A stretch of DNA of 64,000 nt, taken from the NCBI GenBank assembly GCA_963977015.1, contig CAXBMO010000005.1, forward strand, positions 192,001 to 256,000. Reading direction: 5' to 3'. The stretch comes from an uncultured bacterium. Its GTDB lineage: Bacteria; Verrucomicrobiota; Verrucomicrobiia; Verrucomicrobiales; DEV007. The notes beneath the pieces are model-generated. The model saw only the letters and a program-made list of their open reading frames with translations. It searched no databases and was not told the DNA's origin. Both the position numbers and the translations under genes were made by a program. This document shows, in pieces, positions 49,117-60,042 of the stretch (position 1 is its first letter; each line of letters starts with the position of its first letter).

Positions 49117-49599
49117 ATGAAAGGAAACGACCAAGTTATTGAGGCGCTGAACGCAGGACTGACGATCGAGCTAACAGCGATCAACCTTTACTTCATCAAC
49201 GCGAAGATGTGCAAGGACTGGGGACTCGAGCGCCTCGCCAAACATTTTTACGATGAGTCGATCGAGGAAATGAAGCACGCTGAGGAAGTGATCGACCGCA
49301 TTTTGTATCTGGAGGGCACTCCGGAAATCGCCCGCTACGACCAGATCAAAGTCGGGAAGACTCCAGAGAAACAGATCGAGAATTCCTACGAACTGGAGAA
49401 GAAGGGCGTCGCCACCTACAACGAGGGCGTCGGCATTTGCACCGAACATAAGGATGCTGGTAGCCGGGATTTGATGGAGCGGATGGTGGTCGAGTCTGAA
49501 GAAAGCATCGACTGGGCCGAGTCTCAGTTTGACCTGATCAAGATGGTCGGAATGGAGAACTACCTTGCTCAGCAAATGGGTGAGGGCGAGGAAGGCTGA
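49117..49599 (+). CDS. bfr: Bacterioferritin
   Basis: MKGN..VIEALN..LT.ELTAIN.YF, ESIEEMKHA (heme Met52), IDRILYLEG.P, ENYLAQQM. Confidence 0.96.
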   Translation: MKGNDQVIEALNAGLTIELTAINLYFINAKMCKDWGLERLAKHFYDESIEEMKHAEEVIDRILYLEGTPEIARYDQIKVGKTPEKQIENSYELEKKGVATYNEGVGICTEHKDAGSRDLMERMVVESEESIDWAESQFDLIKMVGMENYLAQQMGEGEEG

Positions 49600-50085
49600 T
49601 TGCCGCCTCCCGTTTCCTTTCGATCAACAGCGTCTTCCGTCGAAGCGATGTCACTGCCTGCCGACGGCGCGCTCCGACATCAGGGTTAAGGTTTGAATGT
49701 TCACTTGGATTTCGACTCGGCGCGGGCAGGCAGTTGACCATCCGCGTCTTGTTCGCTGTTGGTTTGTTCGTTGTCGCTGGCTGCATGGTAGACTTCTGTG
49801 CCCACTGGAACATCAAACTTATGGATCTCCTTGGGAAGGGAAAATGGGGTGGCTTCAAGCCTCTTCGCACCAGGACGATAGCTGATCATCTCGATGTCTT
49901 GCAGATTCGTTTCGATAATATCCCCGAGAGGAGTTCGAAGGATTAGGGGATCGCCTTTCTGGACGTTTGGAGTCCCCTCAGTTCATGGGATACCTGGGAC
50001 AACCACAACGCCTCGCCCCAAAATGGCAAAACGGTCGGTAATCGTGAAAAGGTAAGTATGATCCTGAAGGTTCATATCGTCGAGC

Positions 50086-50313
50086 TTAGATCACTATCAT
50101 AAACTTGGACTGCTCGAAATATTCATCGATCTCAATTGGAAGCGTGTCCTCGCGGTCGGCTAAAACTGTAAATCCGCCTCGATTGTGAGGCTCAATGGTA
50201 TCAACACGATTAATTCCCGGAGCGCCTTCGACACATGCCCTGAGCATCTCAACAAGATTAGGATCCGCGCTGAGTGCTGCATCTCGGGGAACCACGCGTA
50301 AGTAGAGGTGCAT
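50086..50313 (-). CDS. Small hypothetical protein
   Basis: MHLYLRVVP... 75-aa ORF downstream of folD with protein-like composition; no family recognised. Confidence 0.5.
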   Translation of the reverse strand: MHLYLRVVPRDAALSADPNLVEMLRACVEGAPGINRVDTIEPHNRGGFTVLADREDTLPIEIDEYFEQSKFMIVI

Positions 50314-50439
50314 TTTCTTCAGCGAACTTTCTTGCTTGGTGCAGTTGAACTGCACCTGTAGCCAATACTTTGCCCAAGGGCGGCTTCGTGGAAGGAAGAG
50401 GAACAGCGGTGTCTTTTCCTCGCCGTCCATCAAGACGTT

Positions 50440-51327
50440 CTAGCCCGCTTCGGATGTTGCCATTTGGCAAGCCCGGACGGTGTTGTGCATCAGCATGGCG
50501 ATGGTCATGACGCCGACCCCACCAGGGACCGGAGTGATCGCTGACGTTTTCTCAGCAACGGCAGTGAAATCCACGTCGCCGACCAGTCGATAGCCGCGTT
50601 TCGCCTCGGGATCGTCCACGCGGTTGATGCCGACATCAATGACGACGGCACCGTCTTTGACGAAGTCAGCCGTTACGTAATTGGCGCGCCCAATCGCGGC
50701 GACCACCACATCAGCTTCGCGACAAACCCCCGCCAAATCGGCGGTTCGTGAATGCGCAACAGTGACGGTGGCGTTCGCCCCCTCCCCTTTGCCCATCAAC
50801 AGCAACGCAAGCGACTTTCCAACGAGCAGACTTCTCCCAACGATGACAACTCGTTTGCCGGAGACATCGATTCCGGCGTGTTGCAGCATGCGTTGGCAAC
50901 CCAGTGGCGTACAGGGAACGAATCCGGTGGGATCGTCCATCACCAATTTGGCCATGTTGGCGGGATGAAGGCCATCCACGTCTTTGGCGGGGCTGATCGC
51001 CTGAATGACGGCCTCGCTATCCAGGTGAGGGGGAAGCGGCATTTGGACGAGAATCCCGTGAATCGCGGAATCCGCGTTCAGTTTGGCGATAAGATCGAGA
51101 AGAGCTTCCTGGGACGTATCCTCTTCCAGCTCGTGCTTCACGGAATGGAGCCCCAATTCCTGACATTTGCGGTCTTTCGCCCCGACATAGGCTTTGGAGG
51201 CGGGGTCATTGCCGACCAAAACAACTGCCAATCCCGGCAGCTTTCCCTGTGATTTTAGCGCAGCCAGATTTTCAGAAACTTCTTCGTAAACGGAGGCGGC
51301 GACTTCTTTTCCTTTGATGAGGTGCAT
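50440..51327 (-). CDS. folD: Bifunctional methylenetetrahydrofolate dehydrogenase/cyclohydrolase
   Basis: [65 protein letters not shown]. Confidence 0.97.
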   Translation of the reverse strand: MHLIKGKEVAASVYEEVSENLAALKSQGKLPGLAVVLVGNDPASKAYVGAKDRKCQELGLHSVKHELEEDTSQEALLDLIAKLNADSAIHGILVQMPLPPHLDSEAVIQAISPAKDVDGLHPANMAKLVMDDPTGFVPCTPLGCQRMLQHAGIDVSGKRVVIVGRSLLVGKSLALLLMGKGEGANATVTVAHSRTADLAGVCREADVVVAAIGRANYVTADFVKDGAVVIDVGINRVDDPEAKRGYRLVGDVDFTAVAEKTSAITPVPGGVGVMTIAMLMHNTVRACQMATSEAG

Positions 51328-51389
51328 GTTAGGATGGCCGGAACCTAGCCGCAGAAGGACTTTCGTCCAGCGTCATTTCTGCAGACAAC

Positions 51390-51848
51390 TTACGCGTTCA
51401 CATTCATGAACCGCAGTTCCAGTTGCCGAATCGGGCGATAACTCAGCTGTGAGATCATCTTCGCTTTGGTGAGGCTGGTGTTCCGTTTGCCGAGGAGAAC
51501 TTCGGAAACCCCGGCCAAGTCAGACTTGGAAAGCGGCTCGCAAATCGAGGAGACTCTTGACCGGACAAGATGATAGTCCGGTGCGCTCCAAGTCCCGATC
51601 TCGCCCTCCAAGTTCCGAAATGCCTCGAGAGCTGAGGCGACCTTTGCCGAACCTTCCATCCCGGGCTTCGCATTCGCCGGCTTAGCCTTTCCCGTCAATC
51701 GCTTTGTCAACTTGGCAAGGGTCTCGTCCCCTCTCACCGAGAGACCGTTGATGAATTGCTCGAGTTCGGAGACTTCGTCTTTGGAAAGACCTGCTGCGAG
51801 CCGATCAAATTGTGTTCTCAATCGACGCTGTAACTCTTCCACCTGCAT
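51390..51848 (-). CDS. Hypothetical basic helical protein, partner of the ParA-like ATPase
   Basis: 152-aa ORF overlapping the ParA gene 3' end by 44 nt; Lys/Arg-rich; no ParB motif seen. Confidence 0.75.
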   Translation of the reverse strand: MQVEELQRRLRTQFDRLAAGLSKDEVSELEQFINGLSVRGDETLAKLTKRLTGKAKPANAKPGMEGSAKVASALEAFRNLEGEIGTWSAPDYHLVRSRVSSICEPLSKSDLAGVSEVLLGKRNTSLTKAKMISQLSYRPIRQLELRFMNVNA

Positions 51849-53178
51849 TTTCTAAGATGGGCTTCGGAGAATTGCTTCGCCGACCGTGGTGACTGGGAAG
51901 GCCTGCACCGAGAACCGCCAAGACTTCGTTGGCCAATTCGGTGACCTGGGTCATGGCGCGGGGGTTCAGGTCGATCCCGAACTCACGCATTTCCGATGCA
52001 TCGCTCATCGCGGCGTTTCCGTAAGCGACGTATTCGATAAGGAGCGAATCGAGGACGATCAATTCTGGCATTTGCGGGCGTAGCTGCAGTTGAGCCGAAT
52101 CTGCCATGGCCCGAGCCTGCCTGACCATCGTTCCGCGAACCTTGTTCCCAACCAGCGCGAAATGGGGATAGCGGTCCGGCCAGAGCACTTCCCGAAGCTG
52201 AAAGAGCGGATCGGAGAAAAGAAGCCCGGCACCATCGATCGAGACCTGGTCGGGGATGATCGGGACGAGGACGAGGTCGGAAGCCGCCAACGCGCCCGTA
52301 AAACTGACCGTCAAACGCGGCGGACAATCCAGAATCACGAAGTCGTAGTCCTGAGACCATTTGCGAATCAGGTTCCGAATGAGAAATCGCGCATCATCTT
52401 TGGCGGGCTCGGCGAACGACGTCAGCAAAGCCGCATCTTCCCGGTCCATGTGGTGAAAGTGCGTTGGCGCGAGATCAAAGGTCGCGCCTGTTTCCCGAAC
52501 CACCTGAAGCGGCATCAGGTCCGTTTCCGTCCAGGTATCGGTTTTGGAGTAGTTCTTCAGCGCGGTGCAAACCGGAGCGTAGCCGCTTTCAAAAAATCGC
52601 GACCGCTGATCACGCGTGAGACAAAGCCGGGTGAGCGATTGCTGCCAATCGAGATCAACCACCAGCACTTTTTTCCCAAAATCAGCCATCGTCGCCGCCA
52701 GGTTTGCGGAGATGGTACTTTTTCCCACGCCCCCTTTCAGGTTCGAAACCGAAATGATTTTGGCCAACGTTTCCGGCGCCTTCTTGACCTTGCCTCGACC
52801 GACGTTCCAGACTCCCCGCTGCTTGGCGACATCGAGTTTGCGAGCGAAGGCCTGAATATCGACCAGACTTTGCTCCACGCTATCGACCAATTCCTTGGGC
52901 AATTCGCGCTCGCTCTGTTGGTCCCACACCTTTTGTTGAAGGGAACTCGCGCGTTCATCAGCCGCGATCAATTCCTTTCGCAAGTTCTCGTTTCTCCGAC
53001 ATTGATTGTTGTTTTCGCGCCGCAGGGAATCGTTCTCCGCTTCGGCCAAATCCACCATCCTTCGCATCTCTGCCATGGAAGCGAGGCCTCTCACGATGAA
53101 AACCAGCGTGGCAAGAAAGGCCCCGAGAACAAGAGTTCCTCCAGCCCAAGCTTCCCAATCATGAGATGGGATCGTCAT
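51805..53178 (-). CDS. ParA/Soj-family ATPase with N-terminal transmembrane helix and coiled coil
   Basis: Hydrophobic LVLGAFLATLVFIV, heptad-rich stretch, deviant Walker A NLKGGVGKST, VLVVDLDWQ.SLT, YDFVILDCPP, AL.ASD.VLVP. Confidence 0.9.
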   Translation of the reverse strand: MTIPSHDWEAWAGGTLVLGAFLATLVFIVRGLASMAEMRRMVDLAEAENDSLRRENNNQCRRNENLRKELIAADERASSLQQKVWDQQSERELPKELVDSVEQSLVDIQAFARKLDVAKQRGVWNVGRGKVKKAPETLAKIISVSNLKGGVGKSTISANLAATMADFGKKVLVVDLDWQQSLTRLCLTRDQRSRFFESGYAPVCTALKNYSKTDTWTETDLMPLQVVRETGATFDLAPTHFHHMDREDAALLTSFAEPAKDDARFLIRNLIRKWSQDYDFVILDCPPRLTVSFTGALAASDLVLVPIIPDQVSIDGAGLLFSDPLFQLREVLWPDRYPHFALVGNKVRGTMVRQARAMADSAQLQLRPQMPELIVLDSLLIEYVAYGNAAMSDASEMREFGIDLNPRAMTQVTELANEVLAVLGAGLPSHHGRRSNSPKPILENAGGRVTASIENTI

Positions 53179-53328
53179 ATCTCTTCCTAACGATCGGGTT
53201 CAGGAGGTCGCAAGCGAAAGTTGCACCGGTCATCGCCCCGGAATTCTCTCCATTTGGGACGGCGTTTCGCGATTTTCCCTCCGAATCCGCCGCTTGCGAA
53301 AGGCTCAAACTGAGGCTAGTAGCACGCA

Positions 53329-54552
53329 ATGCCCAAACGAATCGCATTTCTCACCGCCGGAGGCATCGCCCCCTGCCTGTCTCCTTCGATCGGAGCGTTG
53401 ATCGAAAAGTACAAAGAAATCGCTCCAGATGCCGAGTTGATCGGCTATTTGAATGGATACCAAGGTCTGCTTTTGGGGCGCAGCATTGATTTCCCGCCCG
53501 CCGTTTGGGAACGCTTTCACGTGCTCTACAAATTTGGCGGAAGTGCAATCGGCAATAGCCGCGTAAAATTGACTAATGTGAATGACTGCGTGAAGCGCGG
53601 ATTGGTCCAGGAAGGCCAGGATCCACTTCACGTCGCGGCAGAACAACTCAAGAAGGACAGGATCGACATTCTGCATACGATCGGTGGCGATGACACCAAC
53701 ACGACCGCAGCGGACCTCGCCCACTATCTTCAGGACAACGGGTATGGACTCACTGTGGTCGGGCTCCCCAAAACGGTCGACAACGACGTCTTCCCGATCC
53801 GGCAAACGCTCGGAGCGTGGACGGCGGCTCAAGAAGGCGCCATGTTCTTTGAGAATGTCGCCAATGAGAACACCACCAGCACCCGCCAGCTCATCATTCA
53901 TGAGGTAATGGGTCGCCATTGTGGCTGGCTGGCCGCGGCGACCGCCAATGAGTATCACCGGTCTCTGGAGCATTACGAATGGCTCCCCGAATTGCGGATC
54001 AGCAAAGATCGCTGGGATGTGGACGCGGTATGGCTCCCGGAAATGGGAATCGATTTGGACGCAGAATGTGACCGCCTCAGCCAGCGGATGGACGACACCG
54101 ACAAGGTGCATCTGTTTCTCAGTGAAGGCGCCGGAGTCGATGCCATCATTCGCGAAAAGGAATCCAGCGGGGAAGAAGTGAAATACGACGCGTTCGGTCA
54201 CGCGCGAATTGACGAGTTGAACCCTGGCAAATGGTTTGCCAACCAACTCAAAGAGCGATTGGGCGCCGAGAAAGTGTTGGTCCAGAAGAGTGGTTATTTT
54301 GGCCGTTCGGCCGCCCCGATTGAGAAAGATCTCGAGTTGATCAAGCAGAGCGCCTTCGCCGCGGCCGAGTACGCGCTCGAAGGAAAAAGCGGCGTTGCCG
54401 GGCTCGATGAAGACAACAACGATCTCATGACTTGTATCGACTTTTCGAGAATCAAAGGCGGCAAGCCCTTCGACATCGACGTTCACTGGTTCAATCGTCT
54501 GCTTGAAGAGATTGGGCAGCCCAAGGGAGAGAAGCTCACGGTGCATCACTGA
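53329..54552 (+). CDS. pfp: Pyrophosphate--fructose-6-phosphate 1-phosphotransferase (PPi-PFK)
   Basis: LTAGGIAPCLS, GNSRVKLTN, GGDDT (Asp, PPi type), PKTVDND, HEVMGRHCGWL, QKSGYF.RS. Confidence 0.93.
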   Translation: MPKRIAFLTAGGIAPCLSPSIGALIEKYKEIAPDAELIGYLNGYQGLLLGRSIDFPPAVWERFHVLYKFGGSAIGNSRVKLTNVNDCVKRGLVQEGQDPLHVAAEQLKKDRIDILHTIGGDDTNTTAADLAHYLQDNGYGLTVVGLPKTVDNDVFPIRQTLGAWTAAQEGAMFFENVANENTTSTRQLIIHEVMGRHCGWLAAATANEYHRSLEHYEWLPELRISKDRWDVDAVWLPEMGIDLDAECDRLSQRMDDTDKVHLFLSEGAGVDAIIREKESSGEEVKYDAFGHARIDELNPGKWFANQLKERLGAEKVLVQKSGYFGRSAAPIEKDLELIKQSAFAAAEYALEGKSGVAGLDEDNNDLMTCIDFSRIKGGKPFDIDVHWFNRLLEEIGQPKGEKLTVHH

Positions 54553-54639
54553 TCCGCTGCCACCGGGTGGTGAGATTGATCTTGACTTGAGTTGCTCCTC
54601 TGAGCGATTTCATGGGGGTAATCCTTAAAAAATCCCCTT

Positions 54640-55131
54640 ATGAAAAAAATCCTCTTGGTTCTTTCCACCCTCATGATGGCCCTCGGTTCGCCGCTCTACG
54701 CTCAAGATGGAGCGAAAGAGAAGAAGAAGGGGCCGGTCTCGATGACCGAACGAACCATCAAGCGCTATGAAGCCGTTGGCCTGACCGACGATCAAACCGC
54801 GAAAATCAAAGAACTGGCCGCCGCAACGGAGACCAAGCTGGCAGCGGCCAAGGATAAGGCAGCTCTAACCGACGACCAAAAGAAAGCTCAACGGGAAGCC
54901 ATGGAAGCCGCGAAAACCGCCGGCAAGAAGGGAAAAGAGATGAAGGATGCCGTAACGGCTGCAGTCACGTTGAGCGATGACCAACTCGCGGCGAAAAAAG
55001 AGATGAAAACCATCATGGGAGAATTCGGGAAATCCGTGCAGGGGCTCCTGACGGACGAACAGAAGGCAAAGCTGAAGGAATCTCGGCCAGCCAAGGCAAA
55101 TCCCAAAGCAAAGCCGAAAGCGACCAGTTAA
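54640..55131 (+). CDS. Secreted helical Lys/Ala-rich protein (Spy/CpxP-like LTxxQ repeats)
   Basis: Signal peptide ending LYA-Q; four LT/SDDQ/DEQ motifs. Confidence 0.8.
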   Translation: MKKILLVLSTLMMALGSPLYAQDGAKEKKKGPVSMTERTIKRYEAVGLTDDQTAKIKELAAATETKLAAAKDKAALTDDQKKAQREAMEAAKTAGKKGKEMKDAVTAAVTLSDDQLAAKKEMKTIMGEFGKSVQGLLTDEQKAKLKESRPAKANPKAKPKATS

Positions 55132-55155
55132 TCGCTTCACAAATTTCATTCCGAC

Positions 55156-55186
55156 AAAGGGGCTTTCGCAGTGGAAGCCCCTTTTT
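55156..55186. terminator. Intrinsic terminator, probably bidirectional
   Basis: AAAGGGGCTTTC-GCAGT-GGAAGCCCCTTTTT hairpin with T tract between convergent genes. Confidence 0.85.
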
Positions 55187-55259
55187 GATTCACCTCCTCA
55201 TCAAGCATCACTCCCGCGCTCCCCTGGCGGTTGGCGGGATCAGCCGAAAGGCTAGTGCT

Positions 55260-55913
55260 CTAATCAGGCAGCAACGCCGGCAGTTGAGCGACGGAATCGA
55301 TGGTTAGGTCGGGCTCAATGCCACAGGAATGCTCGGGAAAGAGCTGAATCCAACACGTTTTCATCCCCAACGCGGCGGCCCCTTCGATGTCGTTTTCCGG
55401 ATTGTCGCCAACAAACAGAACGTCCTCCGGCGCCAGCCCAAAAGAGTCGATGAGAGGCTGAAAGGCGCGTTGATCGGGTTTGTGATGCCCAATGTCTCCC
55501 GTTGCAAAAACGTGGGATGAATCAAAGTGCCGGTCGATCCCGAGACTGGAGAATTTCTTCAGTTGGAAGCCGGAATCTCCATTCGTCAGGATCCCGAGCT
55601 TGTAGCGCTTGCCGAGGCGTTCGACCGCTTCGTGAATCGCGGTGTCGATTTCGATCATGCTCATGACTTCGCGTTGAAACCTGGCCTCCGCATCCTTCCA
55701 GCCTTCCGCCCAATCGACCCGCTCCGCAATCCAGGAATAAAAGTCGGGACGCGGGATGAAACCGCTGTTGTCATAGGCGATCCCGGCGTTGGCCGTGGCT
55801 TCGTCATCCCCAAAAACGGACCGAATCCAACGGTTCACAGCTTGGTCTCGACTGTAGAGGGTATTGTCGAGATCAAACCCAATCGCTTTGAGGTTGGTTA
55901 GTTTGGCATTCAC
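55260..55913 (-). CDS. HAD-family hydrolase
   Basis: FDLDNTL, ILTNG, HKPD, FVGDNPENDI.GA. Confidence 0.93.
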   Translation of the reverse strand: MNAKLTNLKAIGFDLDNTLYSRDQAVNRWIRSVFGDDEATANAGIAYDNSGFIPRPDFYSWIAERVDWAEGWKDAEARFQREVMSMIEIDTAIHEAVERLGKRYKLGILTNGDSGFQLKKFSSLGIDRHFDSSHVFATGDIGHHKPDQRAFQPLIDSFGLAPEDVLFVGDNPENDIEGAAALGMKTCWIQLFPEHSCGIEPDLTIDSVAQLPALLPD

Positions 55914-56039
55914 AGGGCGGCAGTTTCAAGCGGTTCGCCCAAGTTTCAAGTTCCCGCGACGATTGAAATCGGACCTAACGCATGAAAAACGATTTTCGAG
56001 TTTCGTTTTCGTTTTTAGGAGGTATAGCGCTATTCTATC

Positions 56040-57179
56040 ATGAGCGAAACTGCCGTATATTCCCGCAAGAATCCGTTTCCAGCGACCCTGAAAGTTCACG
56101 AACGCCTTTGCGGCGAGGGTTCAGTGAAAGACATTCGTCACTTTGAACTCAGCTTAGCTGGTTCGGGCTTGGAGTACCAGTTGGGCGACTCGTTGGGTGT
56201 TGTCCCAAAGAACGATCCGGAATTGGTGGATGAATTGATTACCCTGTTGGGGCTCGATCCCGCAGAAGTCGTGCCTACGCCGGACAAATCTGAAGCGCCG
56301 CTGCGTGAAGCCCTGATCGAGAAGTGCAACATCACCGGTCCTTCACGGAAGTTCATGAAGGACTTCGCGGAACGCGCCGACAGCGACGAAATGCGTGGTT
56401 TGCTCGAGAAAGAACGCGCGAAAGACTTCAACGCCTATGTCGAGGCTCGCGAGATCATCGACTTTTTTATCGAAAACCCGGAGGTCAAAATGACCGGGGC
56501 GGAATTAACCGGCCTGCTCGGGAAATTGCAGCCTCGTCTTTACTCGATTGCCTCCAGCCTGAAGGTTCATCCAGAAGAAGTTCACCTGACGATCGCCCGG
56601 GTTGACTACGAAACGTTGGGCCGCAAACGCAAGGGAGTCTGCTCGACCTACCTCGCGGATCGCGCACCAAACGGCACCCAAATGCCGGTCTTCGTTCATG
56701 CGGCAAAGGGCTTCAAACCACCGGAAGATGACACGGCCCCAATGATCATGGTTGGACCGGGAACCGGGATTGCACCATTTCGTGCATTCCTTGAAGAGCG
56801 AGTTGCCACGAATGCTCCCGGCAAGAACTGGCTCATCTTCGGCAATCCTCATTCCAAGACCGATTATCTCTATGGCGAGCAATTCGAAGGTTACAAAGCC
56901 TCCGGCGCCATCTCGCGATTGGATTTGGCATGGTCCCGCGACCAGGATCACAAAATTTACGTTCAGGACAAGATCAAGGAAGCTGGTGCGGAACTCTGGA
57001 AGTGGCTTGAAGAAGGAGCTTACTTCTACGTCTGTGGTGACGCCGTCTACATGGCAAAAGACGTGGACGATGCCCTCCACAAGGCGATCGAGGAATTCGG
57101 AGGAATGTCTGCCGAAGCCGCCGCTGAGTACGTGGCGCAAATGAAGAAGGACAAGCGCTACCAACGCGACGTTTACTAG
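56040..57179 (+). CDS. Sulfite-reductase flavoprotein-like FAD/NADPH oxidoreductase lacking the flavodoxin domain
   Basis: YSRKNPF, RLYSIASS, GVCSTYL, MVGPGTGIAPFRAF, WSRDQ..KIYVQ, YVCGDA..MAKDV, RYQRDVY; only 379 aa. Confidence 0.9.
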   Translation: MSETAVYSRKNPFPATLKVHERLCGEGSVKDIRHFELSLAGSGLEYQLGDSLGVVPKNDPELVDELITLLGLDPAEVVPTPDKSEAPLREALIEKCNITGPSRKFMKDFAERADSDEMRGLLEKERAKDFNAYVEAREIIDFFIENPEVKMTGAELTGLLGKLQPRLYSIASSLKVHPEEVHLTIARVDYETLGRKRKGVCSTYLADRAPNGTQMPVFVHAAKGFKPPEDDTAPMIMVGPGTGIAPFRAFLEERVATNAPGKNWLIFGNPHSKTDYLYGEQFEGYKASGAISRLDLAWSRDQDHKIYVQDKIKEAGAELWKWLEEGAYFYVCGDAVYMAKDVDDALHKAIEEFGGMSAEAAAEYVAQMKKDKRYQRDVY

Positions 57180-57374
57180 AGATCCCCGGCATCTTTCCGC
57201 TTCCGGAGAAAAACGACCGTTGCGAAAACCTTCGTGCTTCGTGCCGAAGCGAGGTGAAGTCGTGATCAGGGAAACCAAGGGAACGACGAACACCCAAACC
57301 GGCCTTGCTCCGGTTTCCGTGTGCTCAATCAAGTGAACCCAAGTAGAGATTCCAATCTGCGCGGCGTTCGTCCG

Positions 57375-58328
57375 TCAAACCTCTCGGACGCCTTCCGATT
57401 GGATCGATTGGCAAAAGTCGGCGTAAGCGTGGCGTAGCCCGTTTTCGAGGTTGAACTCCGGTTTCCACCCCGTTTCGCGCAAGATCGAGGAATCCATCAG
57501 CTTTCGCGGAGTCCCGTCCGGCTTGGAACCATCCTGCTTGATCTCTCCTTCAAATCCGGTCACTTGCGCGATCAATTGGGCCAGATCGCCAATCGACACC
57601 TCTTCGCCCGAGCCAACATTGACCAGATTTGGTGGATCTTCCAACGCCAGGAGGTGGAGACAGGCTGAAGCAAGATCCTCCACATAAAGAAATTCGCGAA
57701 GCGGCTTTCCACTCCCCCAAATCGCAACGGACTCGGCCCCCGATTGCGCAGCCTCATGAAAACGGCGCAGCATCCCGGGAATGACGTGCGAATTGTCCGG
57801 ATGATAGTTGTCACCCGGCCCATAGAGATTGGTCGGCATGGCCGAATGATACACCACTCCGTGCTGACGCCGATAAAACTCACACAGCTTCAACCCAGCG
57901 ATTTTGGCGATCGCATACGCCTCGTTCGTCGGCTCAAGAGGCCCGGTCAACAACGCGTCCTCGCGCATCGGCTGTTCCGCCAATTTCGGGTAGATGCAGG
58001 AACTTCCAAGGAAGAGAATCCGCTCAACTCCCGCTTGAAAACTCTCGTGCACAAGGTTGCTCGCAATGGCCAGGTTCTGATAAATGAAATCTGCCGGATA
58101 GGTATTGTTCGCGTGAATCCCGCCGACACGAGCGGCGGCGATCACCACGGTTTTCGGCTTCGCTTGCTCCAAAAACTCACGAACTTCAGCCTGCTCGGTC
58201 AGATCGACTTCCTGGCGAGTGGCCGTGATTACGGAAGAGTCTTCCCTCTTTTCCAGCGCCCGCACCAGGGCCCCCCCCACCATGCCGGTGTGGCCCGCGA
58301 CGTAAATTGATTCGAGCAGAGCGTCCAC
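57375..58328 (-). CDS. fcl: GDP-L-fucose synthase
   Basis: [60 protein letters not shown]. Confidence 0.95.
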   Translation of the reverse strand: MDALLESIYVAGHTGMVGGALVRALEKREDSSVITATRQEVDLTEQAEVREFLEQAKPKTVVIAAARVGGIHANNTYPADFIYQNLAIASNLVHESFQAGVERILFLGSSCIYPKLAEQPMREDALLTGPLEPTNEAYAIAKIAGLKLCEFYRRQHGVVYHSAMPTNLYGPGDNYHPDNSHVIPGMLRRFHEAAQSGAESVAIWGSGKPLREFLYVEDLASACLHLLALEDPPNLVNVGSGEEVSIGDLAQLIAQVTGFEGEIKQDGSKPDGTPRKLMDSSILRETGWKPEFNLENGLRHAYADFCQSIQSEGVREV

Positions 58329-58343
58329 CTTCGCAGAGTTCCG

Positions 58344-59369
58344 TTACTTCGCAACTCCGGCCCTGGCTTCCTCATACGCCTTTTCCTCGCGCGCCAATTG
58401 GAGATCGGAATCGACCATGATTTGCACCAACTCCTTGAACTTCACCTTTGGCTCCCAACCAAGTTGCTTCTTGGCTTTCGCGGGATCACCAACCAGCAAT
58501 TCAACTTCAGCAGGTCGCAGGTAGCGCTCATCGAGCTTCACGAATTCTTTGTAGTCCAAATCCAAACGACCAAAGGCTTCTTTGCAGAACTCCTCGACAG
58601 TGTGCGTTTCGCCGGTCGCGACGACGTAGTCGTCAGGGGTGTCCTGCTGCAGCATCATCCACATCATCTCGACGTATTCCTTGGCGTAGCCCCAATCGCG
58701 TTTCGCATCCAGATTCCCGAGATAAAGCTCACTCTGCAGACCAACTTTAATCCGCGCCGCAGCCCGGCTGATTTTGCGCGTCACAAACGTTTCGCCACGG
58801 CGGGGTGACTCGTGATTGAAGAGAATCCCGTTACTGGCATGGAGATTGTAGCTCTCCCGATAGTTTACCGTGAGCCAGTAGGCATAAACCTTCGCGCATC
58901 CGTAAGGCGAACGCGGCCAAAACGGGGTGGTCTCCACCTGCGGCACTTCCTGAACCTTTCCGAACATCTCAGACGAGGACGCCTGATAATAGCGAACCTT
59001 TTCTACCAAACCGACCTCACGAATCGCCTCCAAAATCCGCAACGAGCCCAATCCCACAATGTCTCCGGTCGACTCAGGCACATCAAACGAAACGCGAACA
59101 TGGCTTTGCGCTCCCAGATTGTAAATCTCGTCGGGCTGAAGGTTGTAGAGCAACTTCGCCAAGGCAGAGCTGTCGCTGAGATCGCCATAATGCAAGGTCA
59201 GGCGCGGATTGGCGGTGTGGGGATCCTGGTAGATGTGATCAATCCGCTCGGTATTGAACGATGAACTCCGCCGAATGATTCCATGCACCTCATAGCCTTT
59301 ATCGAGCAGAAGCTCGGCAAGATAAGAGCCATCCTGCCCGGTGATCCCTGTAATTAGTGCGCTTTTCAT
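58344..59369 (-). CDS. gmd: GDP-mannose 4,6-dehydratase
   Basis: [61 protein letters not shown]. Confidence 0.97.
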   Translation of the reverse strand: MKSALITGITGQDGSYLAELLLDKGYEVHGIIRRSSSFNTERIDHIYQDPHTANPRLTLHYGDLSDSSALAKLLYNLQPDEIYNLGAQSHVRVSFDVPESTGDIVGLGSLRILEAIREVGLVEKVRYYQASSSEMFGKVQEVPQVETTPFWPRSPYGCAKVYAYWLTVNYRESYNLHASNGILFNHESPRRGETFVTRKISRAAARIKVGLQSELYLGNLDAKRDWGYAKEYVEMMWMMLQQDTPDDYVVATGETHTVEEFCKEAFGRLDLDYKEFVKLDERYLRPAEVELLVGDPAKAKKQLGWEPKVKFKELVQIMVDSDLQLAREEKAYEEARAGVAK

Positions 59370-59480
59370 GAAATTTCTGTCCCGAAGAAGAGCGCTGACG
59401 AAACAACAGCGCAAACTTACCGTCAACGTTTTTCACGAACACTTGACCGCATGGAGATTTGGGTGCTCAGGTTAGCGTTT

Positions 59481-60029
59481 ATGAAGCTCCTACCTCTTTT
59501 TTCATCCCTTATTCTTCTGGCCTGCATCGGTCAATCCTCAGCCCAAGACTTTAAAGTCGCTGTGGTCGACTTCAAAAAGGCCATTCTCGCTCATCCCAAA
59601 GCAAAGGAGCTGGAAGCATCGCTGAAAAAAGAAGGCGAGAACGCTGCCAGCGTCATCGCCGCCAAGCAGAAGGAGCTTGAAGGCCTGAGAGAGACCGCGG
59701 CAGGACTTCAATCCCAAAAAGGACCCGATGGAAAATTGACGGAAGATGCTTTCAAAAAGCTTCTCGAGCTCCAGAAAAAGGCGGATGAAATCAAGCAAAG
59801 CATGATTCAGACCCAATCGAGAACTCAACTGGGCCTCAACGACCTCCGGCTCAAGGGGTTGACCGAAGTTGCCAATGAGGTGGGCGATCTCGTCACCAAG
59901 GCCAACAATGGCAAGTACGCCCTCGTTTTCGATAGCTCCGGCGCGACGCGCGATGGAACGCCCCAGCTGCTCGATTTTCCCGGAGCCGACGACATCACCG
60001 ATCAAGTCATCGCGCTTCTGCCCAAATAA
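59481..60029 (+). CDS. OmpH/Skp-family outer membrane protein chaperone
   Basis: Signal peptide, KVAVVD, long coiled coil, Y.LVFD.S, DITD.VI..L. Confidence 0.85.
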   Translation: MKLLPLFSSLILLACIGQSSAQDFKVAVVDFKKAILAHPKAKELEASLKKEGENAASVIAAKQKELEGLRETAAGLQSQKGPDGKLTEDAFKKLLELQKKADEIKQSMIQTQSRTQLGLNDLRLKGLTEVANEVGDLVTKANNGKYALVFDSSGATRDGTPQLLDFPGADDITDQVIALLPK

Positions 60030-60042
60030 CGCTCCCTCGGGT

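Noticed and set aside
49600-50085. Short ORFs after bfr
   Set aside because: Possibly a decayed gene, but no consistent frame or family could be supported.
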